Shown piece after piece: positions 56,502-64,000 of a stretch of DNA of 64,000 bases. The position numbers and the translations under genes were made by a program. Origin of the DNA: Bacteroidales bacterium (lineage in GTDB: Bacteria > Bacteroidota > Bacteroidia > Bacteroidales > VadinHA17). The notes under the pieces are model-generated. The model had not been told where the DNA came from. It was given only the letters and a program-made list of their open reading frames with translations, and ran no database searches. How positions within the stretch are numbered: position 1 is the first letter of the stretch; each line of letters starts with the position of its first letter. The stretch spans positions 26,068 to 90,067 of the forward strand of contig JAIPBU010000006.1 of assembly GCA_021738535.1 (NCBI GenBank), in the 5' to 3' direction.

Positions 56502-58415
56502 TCAGGTATTCCACAGTAATTTATCGCTCTCGTCTTTCAATATTTTATCATGGTCAAGCAACCATCTTAAAACTTTAACCGATCTTTCCTTGTCTGCATC
56601 TATTTTTTCCACCAGCTGTTCTGACGAAAGAGCTCCTTTCTCAAGCAACTTTTTCATTTCTTCAAGTATCCTGTCAAATTCATACTTGCTAAGATCAAGT
56701 TCATTGCGGCTCATACAAATATCACACATACCACAGCGGACAGAATCCTGGCCAAAATAATCAAGTAACATACTGGCCCTGCACCTGGTTTGGGAGCTTA
56801 TGTATTTTATTATTTCCTCAAGTCGTTCGAGATATTTTTCCTTTACATTCCTGTGATTATCAGGCGATATATAGAGTGATTTTTTGTCAAGACGCTCCTC
56901 TGTAAAAATAACCAGGGCTGTTTTTTTCCCGGGTATATAATTAATAATATTATGACCCGCCAGTTTCTTCAGAAATTGATATATCATATCTCTGGAAAGT
57001 CCTGATGTTTTGGAAAGGTATTCCTCATTTACCGCTACATACTCACTGAACATTCCTGTATAGCTTCGTAAAAGAAGTTTAATAAAACCATCAAGGGAAG
57101 CGTTCGCAACCTGAAATTTATAGAGATCATCCCTCCCGACGGTAAAGTGCACACGTGAAGGATTATTAAGCTCTTCGGTAAGTTCTATGTAATTTTCTCT
57201 CTGAAGAAATTTGAGACTGTTATAAGCCTGTGTAACAGAGAGCCTGTATTTAGTAACAAACTCGGCAAGGTTAAAATCATACACTACATTCTTACCGCTG
57301 CCAACTGGAACCTGGAGAAAATTACACAGCAGTTCATAAGTATTTTTAATGTATTCCACGGCAGGAAATTTTGCCTCAACCCTGTCGCGTACCCTCTTAA
57401 CATCACTCTCATAATAAAGCTGAACGGCCCAGGCTTTCTTTCCATCCCTGCCAGCCCTTCCGCTTTCCTGGAAGTATGACTCAATGGAATCAGGAATATC
57501 CCAGTGCATAACAAAGCGAACATCAGCTTTATCTATACCCATACCAAATGCATTTGTTGCGACAATAATCCGCGGATTACCGGATGACCATGCATTTTGC
57601 TTTTTATCTTTAATCTCCCTTTTCAACCCGGCATGATAATAATCTGCTGCAATATTATTTGCAACGAGGAACTGTGCTATTTCCCTTGTTTTCTTCCTGC
57701 TCCTTACATAAATAATACCGGAGCCTTTAACTTTACTTACCGTACTGAGCAGGTATTCATTCTTATCCTCAACTTTCCTGACAAGGTATATAAGGTTCTT
57801 TCTTTCAAAACTGGCTTTCAGGACATTCTTTTTTCTAAAGCCCAGCTTATCCATAATATCATCAACCACTTTCGATGTTGCCGTAGCGGTAAGCGCAAGA
57901 ATAGGTACTTCACCCTGTATATACTGCTTTATTTCTGCAATATTCAGATAGGACGGCCTGAAATCATAACCCCATTGAGATATGCAATGGGCCTCATCCA
58001 CTGCAACAAGGTTAACATTCATGGAAGCCACCCTTTTGCGGAATAATTCAGTTCGTATACGTTCAGGAGAGATATACAGGAATTTATAATCGCCATAGAT
58101 ACAATTATCAAGTGCAATATCTATTTCTTCCCTTGTCATTCCGGAATGTACAGCCTGTGCTTTTATTTCCATCCCCCTTAGCCTGTCAACCTGGTCTTTC
58201 ATCAACGCTATCAGTGGAGTAATTACTAGACAAATCCCCGGTGAAGCCAATGCAGGTATCTGGAAAGTTATTGACTTTCCTCCTCCCGTGGGCATCAGAC
58301 CAAGTGTATCTATTCCCTCTCCCACTGATTTTATCAGCTCTTCCTGCAGAGGCCTGAAGTGTGTATGTCCCCAGTACCTGGTGAGAATCTTTCTGTATTG
58401 ATCAAGGCGGTCCAT
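56502..58415 (-). CDS. recQ: ATP-dependent DNA helicase, RecQ family
   Basis: F.PLQEE, Walker A MPTGGGKS, DEAH box (VAVDEAHCISQWGYDFRP), TATAT, and the zinc-binding Cys cluster (CRASMLLDYFG....CG.CDIC). 637 aa. Confidence 0.93.
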   Translation of the reverse strand: MDRLDQYRKILTRYWGHTHFRPLQEELIKSVGEGIDTLGLMPTGGGKSITFQIPALASPGICLVITPLIALMKDQVDRLRGMEIKAQAVHSGMTREEIDIALDNCIYGDYKFLYISPERIRTELFRKRVASMNVNLVAVDEAHCISQWGYDFRPSYLNIAEIKQYIQGEVPILALTATATSKVVDDIMDKLGFRKKNVLKASFERKNLIYLVRKVEDKNEYLLSTVSKVKGSGIIYVRSRKKTREIAQFLVANNIAADYYHAGLKREIKDKKQNAWSSGNPRIIVATNAFGMGIDKADVRFVMHWDIPDSIESYFQESGRAGRDGKKAWAVQLYYESDVKRVRDRVEAKFPAVEYIKNTYELLCNFLQVPVGSGKNVVYDFNLAEFVTKYRLSVTQAYNSLKFLQRENYIELTEELNNPSRVHFTVGRDDLYKFQVANASLDGFIKLLLRSYTGMFSEYVAVNEEYLSKTSGLSRDMIYQFLKKLAGHNIINYIPGKKTALVIFTEERLDKKSLYISPDNHRNVKEKYLERLEEIIKYISSQTRCRASMLLDYFGQDSVRCGMCDICMSRNELDLSKYEFDRILEEMKKLLEKGALSSEQLVEKIDADKERSVKVLRWLLDHDKILKDESDKLLWNT

Positions 58416-58566
58416 AATAAGCAGTGCAGGTTATCAGGTTGAGCTATATACAAAAATACTAACTGTAATTCAATTTTTAAGTGATCATTAAAAATAAAAA
58501 CAAGGCTGTTTAAGCTATCATCAATTTTTTGTATCTTGCGCCATCAAATTTAAATAGCACTTGCAT

Positions 58567-60033
58567 ATGTCTTTTGTTGATGATAAAGTAGTTACGGAAG
58601 GTATTACATTTGATGATGTACTGCTTATTCCCTCTTATTCCGAAGTACTGCCAAGGCAGGCTGATATAAGTACACATTTCACACGTAACATTACCCTGAA
58701 CACACCGGTAGTTTCAGCGGCTATGGATACTGTAACAGAGGCAGAGCTTGCCATTGCCATTGCACGTGAAGGAGGCATAGGGGTTATCCACAAGAATATG
58801 TCTGTTGAAAGGCAGGTAATGCAGGTTAAAAAAGTCAAAAGGGCAGAAAATGTAATGATACATGATCCTGTAAGCATTGGGGTGGATGCCACAGTTTCAG
58901 ATGCTCTTAACCTGATGAAAGAATATAAAATAGGCGGAATTCCGGTCATCAAAAGTGACAACACTCTGGTAGGTATAGTTACAAACAGGGACCTGAGGTT
59001 TGAGAATGAGATGACCAAAAAGATCTCAACCATTATGACAAAAGATCTTATTACAACAAACCAGGAAACAAATCTTTCTCAGGCAGCCCAGATCCTGCAA
59101 AAACATAAGATAGAGAAACTTCCGATAGTAAATGATAATAACCAGCTGGTTGGGCTGATTACATACAAAGACATTACAAAAACAAAAGACAGACCTTCCT
59201 CATGCAAGGATGACAAGGGAAGGCTAAGGGTAGCAGCAGCCATTGGGATAGCACAGGATACCCTGGAGAGAGCAGAGGAGCTTATAAAGGCTAATGTGGA
59301 TGCCCTGTCTATTGATACTGCGCATGCTCACACCAAAAATGTTATTTACATTCTCAGGGAGATTAAAAAGAATTTTCCCGATACCGAAGTTCTGGCAGGT
59401 AATATTGGCACGGCAGAAGCTGCAAAAATGCTTGCAGATGAAGGTGCTGACGGTCTGAAGGTGGGCATAGGCCCCGGTTCCATCTGTACAACACGAATAG
59501 TTGCCGGAGTAGGCATACCACAGCTGTCAGCTATTTATGATGTTGCTAAAGCAGTCCGCGGAAGCGGCATTCCAATAATAGCTGATGGAGGAATCCGGTA
59601 TTCAGGAGATATTGTAAAGGCAATTGCCTCAGGTGCCGATTCAATAATGGCAGGATCATTATTCGCCGGTGTGGAAGAATCGCCCGGAGAAACCATTATT
59701 TACAACGGAAGAAAATTCAAGAGTTACCGGGGAATGGGATCAATTGAAGCTATGCAAAAGGGATCAAGTGACCGTTATTTCCAGGATATCGAAGACGATA
59801 TTAAAAAGCTTGTCCCTGAAGGAATTGCAGCCAGGGTTCCTTATAAAGGCACATTATCTGAAGTTATATACCAGATGATTGGCGGACTCAGAGCAGGTAT
59901 GGGTTATTGTGGTGCGGCTAACATCGAAGGGTTGAAGAAAGCACGCTTTGTGAAGATTACCCATTCAGGCATTATTGAAAGCCATCCGCATGACGTAACC
60001 ATTACCAGAGAAGCACCTAATTACAGCAGGTAA
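58567..60033 (+). CDS. guaB: IMP dehydrogenase
   Basis: [10 protein letters not shown]-type start, tandem CBS domains, catalytic [11 protein letters not shown], and [10 protein letters not shown] prefer the ATG at 58567. Confidence 0.97.
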   Translation: MSFVDDKVVTEGITFDDVLLIPSYSEVLPRQADISTHFTRNITLNTPVVSAAMDTVTEAELAIAIAREGGIGVIHKNMSVERQVMQVKKVKRAENVMIHDPVSIGVDATVSDALNLMKEYKIGGIPVIKSDNTLVGIVTNRDLRFENEMTKKISTIMTKDLITTNQETNLSQAAQILQKHKIEKLPIVNDNNQLVGLITYKDITKTKDRPSSCKDDKGRLRVAAAIGIAQDTLERAEELIKANVDALSIDTAHAHTKNVIYILREIKKNFPDTEVLAGNIGTAEAAKMLADEGADGLKVGIGPGSICTTRIVAGVGIPQLSAIYDVAKAVRGSGIPIIADGGIRYSGDIVKAIASGADSIMAGSLFAGVEESPGETIIYNGRKFKSYRGMGSIEAMQKGSSDRYFQDIEDDIKKLVPEGIAARVPYKGTLSEVIYQMIGGLRAGMGYCGAANIEGLKKARFVKITHSGIIESHPHDVTITREAPNYSR

Positions 60034-60053
60034 TATCCTGAAAAATTAATATT

Positions 60054-62024
60054 ATGAAAATCAGGTCACTGATATTGTACATATGTGCTTTTTACTTTTC
60101 ATTATCCCTTAATGCACAGGATAAGGACTTTCTACTTAAGGTTAATGACAGGAAGGTAAGTGCAGAAGAATTCAAATGGCTTTACCAGAAAAATAATAAT
60201 GGACTGCAGCAATCAGGTATAGAAGAATACATGGATCTTTATATCAATCTCAGGTTAAAGGTTGAAACAGCGGAAGAAGCCGGAATCCATAAACGCCAGT
60301 CATTCATCAATGAACTGAAGGGGTACAGGAAGCAGCTGGCTAAACAATACCTCACTGACGGCGAAGCAAAGGAAAAAATATTGAAAAAAGCCTATGAAAG
60401 ATATAAAACAGAAATAAATGTTTATCACATTCTTGTTAAATGCCCTGCCAATGCACCACCAGCAGATACACTTAAGGCCTACAGGAAAGCAAAAAGCATA
60501 AAACAGAGATTAAGACTGGGAGAACCTTTCGAAGCTGTTGCCAAAGGGGCAAGTGATGATCCTGCGGCCAAACTGAATGGTGGGAATCTCGGATATCTTA
60601 CCGTTTTTCAGACACCTATGTCATTTGAGAACAAAATGTATGAAATGTCTCCCGGCGAGATATCAGAACCTGTGAGAACTACAATGGGCTATCATATAAT
60701 TAAGGTGCAGGACAAAAGAAAAAACAGGGGTCGAATAAAAGTGGCACATATTATGAAAGCTGCCCCTCCCGGAAGTACACAGCAGGCAAGGAATAATGCA
60801 AAGGAAGATATAGACAGCCTTTACAATCTGCTTGAAAAAGGTGCAGACTTTGCAAACCTGGCTTCAGAAAATTCTGATGACAGGAGATCAGCTCAAAATA
60901 ATGGAGTGCTACCATGGTTCGGAAGTGGTGAGATGATACATGAATTCAGTGTGGCAGCTTTTGAATTGCTAAGGGATGGTGAATATACACTACCTGTCAG
61001 AACAGTATACGGATGGCACATTATAAAAAGACTCGATAAAAAAGTATTTCCCGCTTATGAGGAGGCAAAGAAACTACTCGAAAGCAAACTGCCGGATTCA
61101 TACCTGCAATCACTTACTAAGCTGTCTTTTGCAGGTAAACTTAAGGAAGAATATAATTACAAGGTAAACCCATCATCACTTGAATGGTTTTACATGCATG
61201 CCGATTCTGCCCTTAGGTACCAGAGAAATTATGAAGCTCTAAATAATGTCCCTGGTAAGGTACTGTACTCATTTGCAGATGAACAATGCTCAATGCCTGA
61301 CTTTGCTTCATATATAAGGCAGAATCATGAACAGGCTCCGGTATATGAGCCTGCTGAATTCATTAACAAGCTGCTGGACAATAAAGTCTACGAGCATCTT
61401 ACAGCTTATGAAAGTTCCGTACTCGAAGACAAATATCCTGAATTCCATTTTCTAATGAATGAATTCTATGACGGAATATTATTCTTTGAGATCTCAGACA
61501 GCCTGATATGGAAAAGATCACGAAATGACTCAACAGGCATAATGGAGTATTACAACAAAAGGAAAGATGAATTCACTAAAGAAGCATATGCTGACCTGAG
61601 ACTTTATACAATATCAGATGATGCCGGAAGAAGGCATACCAGGAAGATTAAACGTGTAATCAGACGATTTCATAAAAGAGACAATTATTATGAGAAAATA
61701 ATGGAAAAGGCAAGATTCGGAGGTGACACACTTTTACAGGCAGAAGAAAAATCAATGAAGAGAAGCAATAGCTTCGTTAAAAACAATAATATTAAGTGGA
61801 AAGAAGGTCTGCAGGAGGTCACTAACGTGAATGGTACAATAGTTGTTGATATTCTTGAAATTCACGAGCGCAAATATAAAGAACCGGACAGTATAATGAA
61901 TATTCTTGTGCCGGACTACCAGGAATATCTTGAATCACAATGGATCAGAAAATTAAAAAATTCTTATCCGGTAGAGTTGAACAAAAAGATGCTAAAAAGA
62001 ATTAAATCTGATATCAAAAAATGA
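60054..62024 (+). CDS. Parvulin-type peptidyl-prolyl isomerase (two PpiC domains), periplasmic chaperone
   Basis: Signal peptide. Two rotamase cores: GGNLGYLTVFQ...GYHIIKV and NGVLPWFGSGEM...GWHIIKR. Confidence 0.85.
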   Translation: MKIRSLILYICAFYFSLSLNAQDKDFLLKVNDRKVSAEEFKWLYQKNNNGLQQSGIEEYMDLYINLRLKVETAEEAGIHKRQSFINELKGYRKQLAKQYLTDGEAKEKILKKAYERYKTEINVYHILVKCPANAPPADTLKAYRKAKSIKQRLRLGEPFEAVAKGASDDPAAKLNGGNLGYLTVFQTPMSFENKMYEMSPGEISEPVRTTMGYHIIKVQDKRKNRGRIKVAHIMKAAPPGSTQQARNNAKEDIDSLYNLLEKGADFANLASENSDDRRSAQNNGVLPWFGSGEMIHEFSVAAFELLRDGEYTLPVRTVYGWHIIKRLDKKVFPAYEEAKKLLESKLPDSYLQSLTKLSFAGKLKEEYNYKVNPSSLEWFYMHADSALRYQRNYEALNNVPGKVLYSFADEQCSMPDFASYIRQNHEQAPVYEPAEFINKLLDNKVYEHLTAYESSVLEDKYPEFHFLMNEFYDGILFFEISDSLIWKRSRNDSTGIMEYYNKRKDEFTKEAYADLRLYTISDDAGRRHTRKIKRVIRRFHKRDNYYEKIMEKARFGGDTLLQAEEKSMKRSNSFVKNNNIKWKEGLQEVTNVNGTIVVDILEIHERKYKEPDSIMNILVPDYQEYLESQWIRKLKNSYPVELNKKMLKRIKSDIKK

Positions 62025-62872
62025 GGACCTTACTGGCTGTCAGCAGCCTTATGCTGTTTATAGGTGCATGCTCAAATTATAGCGTTGATAATGATCGTAC
62101 CGCCCTAGCACAGGTTGGAGATAAGCTTTTATATGCTGAACAGATCCCGGTGAATAAAGCCAACGGAATAACCAGGGAAGACAGTATAAGTATGGCAAGA
62201 AACTATATCGACAGGTGGATCAGAAATGAATTAATACTGAAAAAAGCCGAGGAAAATCTTTCTGAGCAATATCAAAATGAGATAAACAGAAAGCTTGAAG
62301 AAACAAGAGCTAACCTGATGATCTACCAGTATGAACAACAAATGATGCTCCAGAAGATGGACACCCTTGTAAGAGATTCAGCAATAACAAATTACTACGA
62401 CAAGCATCTTGGCAATTTCAGCCTGCAGGAAAGTATTGCAAAGGTATTATTTCTCAAATTACCTGTAGAAGCACCTAATATTGAGAAAGCAAGATTATGG
62501 TATAAGTCGGATGATCAGAATAATATAAAGAACCTGGAAAGTTATGCCTACCAGTTTGCTGAAAAATTTGATGATTTTGGTGAAAACTGGATAAGGATGA
62601 GTTTTTTGCTCCGGGAATTACCTTCTGATATTGGTAATGTGAGTAATTTTCTGAAAAGCAACAGCTATTATGAAACAAGCGATTCGTCATTTAATTATTT
62701 TGTTAATATCAGGGACTACCGTCTTAAAGGATCACTTGCCCCCATTGAATATGTTAGAGACGATATAAAAACTATTATTCTAAACAACAGAAAAATAGAA
62801 TTTTTACAGAAAGTTGAGAACGGAATATACAATGAGGGTATGCAAAATAATAGTTTTAAGGTATTTGAGTAA
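62021..62872 (+). CDS. Hypothetical lipoprotein, SurA N-terminal-like chaperone candidate
   Basis: Lipoprotein signal (LFIGAC). 4-nt overlap with the upstream PPIase gene. Sits between two PPIase genes. No catalytic motif seen. Confidence 0.6.
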   Translation: MRTLLAVSSLMLFIGACSNYSVDNDRTALAQVGDKLLYAEQIPVNKANGITREDSISMARNYIDRWIRNELILKKAEENLSEQYQNEINRKLEETRANLMIYQYEQQMMLQKMDTLVRDSAITNYYDKHLGNFSLQESIAKVLFLKLPVEAPNIEKARLWYKSDDQNNIKNLESYAYQFAEKFDDFGENWIRMSFLLRELPSDIGNVSNFLKSNSYYETSDSSFNYFVNIRDYRLKGSLAPIEYVRDDIKTIILNNRKIEFLQKVENGIYNEGMQNNSFKVFE

Positions 62873-62948
62873 ATACTAAGGGTATACAGCCTGAAAAAAG
62901 AAATAAAATATTTTTAAGAAAGCAATTAATATAAAGAAAAAGGACACG

Positions 62949-64000
62949 ATGAAGTTATTTAACCGCATATTGATAAGTATTATTCTAACAGTTTTTACTA
63001 CATCATTTTCATATTCACAGCACCTTATTGATGAAGTATCAGCCATAGTGGGAGACGAAACAGTTTTTCTGTCGGATGTTGAAAACATGGTTATGCAACA
63101 GGCAGCAATGGGTGACAATCGACCTGTCAAAAAAATCAGGTGTGAAGTATTTGAAGATCTTCTCATCCAGTTGCTTTTCCTTGATCAGGCCAGGATAGAC
63201 AGTATTGAGATAAGTAATGATCAGATCAACAGGATGCTTGACGAGAGGCTAAATGATTTTGTTATGAGAGCGGGCTCGGAAGAAAACCTTGAAAGATACT
63301 TTAAAAAAAGTATGGTGGAAATACGAAGAGATCTGCGCCCGATGATGGAGAACCAGCAGCTGGCCAGCCAGGTACAGAATAATCTGGCAAGAGATATAAC
63401 AATAACCCCGAAAGAAGTGCAAGCGTTTTATCATTCTGTTCCTCAGGACAGCCTGCCGCTTATGCCTGCAAAAGCAGAACTAAGCCTGATACAAATTGAT
63501 CCTCCCGGTCTTGAAGAAAGTAAGCTGAGAACAAGACAGCAATTACTCGATCTCAGAAAACGCATACTGGAAGGTGAAAGTTTCAGGGCCCTGGCTGTAT
63601 TGTATTCAGAAGATGAACAATCAGCTGCAAAAGGCGGTGAAATAGGCTTCCAGATCCGGGGTAACCTTGACAAAGCCTATGCTGATGAAGCATTCAGCTT
63701 AAAGAAAAACCAGGTTTCAAAAGTGGTGGAATCAGAATTTGGATTTCACATTATTGAACTCATTGAAAGAAGGGGCGATATGATCAACACGAGGCATATC
63801 CTTATAAAACCAAAAGTAACACCCCAGCAATCTGTTGAAGCAAAAAACAAGCTTGATAGCATAGCAAACCTTATAAGAACAGACAGTTTAACATTTGAGG
63901 AGGCAGCATACCGGTTTTCAACCCATAAAGACAGCAGGATAAATGGTGGTAAATATGTCAGTTTTGAGACAAGAGAAAGATTGCTTGAGATTGATAAATT
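62949..64000 (+). CDS. surA: SurA-like peptidyl-prolyl isomerase, 3' end outside the window
   Basis: Not in the ORF track because it has no stop inside the window. Hand translation from the ATG at 62949 gives MKLFNRILISIILTVFTTSFSYSQHLIDEVSAIVGDETVFLSDVEN... and continues open to 64000, with a parvulin core (GGEIGFQIRGNL...GFHIIELIERRG). Confidence 0.85.
   Translation, partial: MKLFNRILISIILTVFTTSFSYSQHLIDEVSAIVGDETVFLSDVENMVMQQAAMGDNRPVKKIRCEVFEDLLIQLLFLDQARIDSIEISNDQINRMLDERLNDFVMRAGSEENLERYFKKSMVEIRRDLRPMMENQQLASQVQNNLARDITITPKEVQAFYHSVPQDSLPLMPAKAELSLIQIDPPGLEESKLRTRQQLLDLRKRILEGESFRALAVLYSEDEQSAAKGGEIGFQIRGNLDKAYADEAFSLKKNQVSKVVESEFGFHIIELIERRGDMINTRHILIKPKVTPQQSVEAKNKLDSIANLIRTDSLTFEEAAYRFSTHKDSRINGGKYVSFETRERLLEIDK

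Noticed and set aside
57597-58046. 149-aa plus-strand ORF inside recQ
   Set aside because: It is opposite to the helicase core motifs (DEAH, TATAT). The Phe/Ile/Asn-rich translation is typical of an AT-rich antisense frame.
62876-63166. 96-aa minus-strand ORF after the lipoprotein gene
   Set aside because: It is antisense to the clear start of the SurA-like gene (ATG 62949, signal peptide, conserved N-domain).

Overview
This window is an AT-rich, gene-dense chromosomal segment that looks like core genome of a Bacteroidota organism. Supporting signs: TTTG / TAnnTTTG-type promoter boxes, no Shine-Dalgarno dependence, a long LepB, PKD lipoproteins, a TonB-dependent receptor, DUF4091/DUF1080/DUF5063 families, and a murK-murQ pair.

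I can support about 50 protein genes and two tRNA-Leu genes. Almost all are housekeeping:
- thrS-infC-rpmI-rplT
- hsp20-clpB
- lepB-dapB
- lysC-lysA
- trmD, rocD, mutS2, guaB
- a recQ-to-tex operon
- SurA/PpiC chaperones
- several secreted hydrolases and peptidases
- one ECF sigma module
- one large hybrid sensor kinase

I see no transposase, integrase, CRISPR array, toxin-antitoxin pair or recognisable defence island, so I cannot point to a clear-cut new system.

The observations most worth a second look are:
1. A family of sense-oriented GGCTRAGG-type hexamer/heptamer tandem repeats sits at or over stop codons at five loci, with a sixth degenerate copy that breaks the pattern. It includes a (GCTAAG)10 array and a perfect 21-nt duplication that contains the last six codons plus the stop of an amidohydrolase gene.
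2. A PKD lipoprotein gene is interrupted by an in-frame TAA, followed by 60 more open, protein-like codons.
3. A recQ / DUF5063 / WRN-type 3'-5' exonuclease operon looks like a split Werner-helicase arrangement.
4. A TonB-dependent receptor is translationally coupled to a periplasmic TPR + coiled-coil / cytoplasmic PP2C (SpoIIE) phosphatase.
5. Two GC-rich structured islands stand out in otherwise AT-rich spacers.
6. Candidate leader or attenuator structures lie upstream of lysC, rplT, hsp20 and clpB.

All functional calls come from my own recognition of motifs in the translated ORFs. No database search was run.
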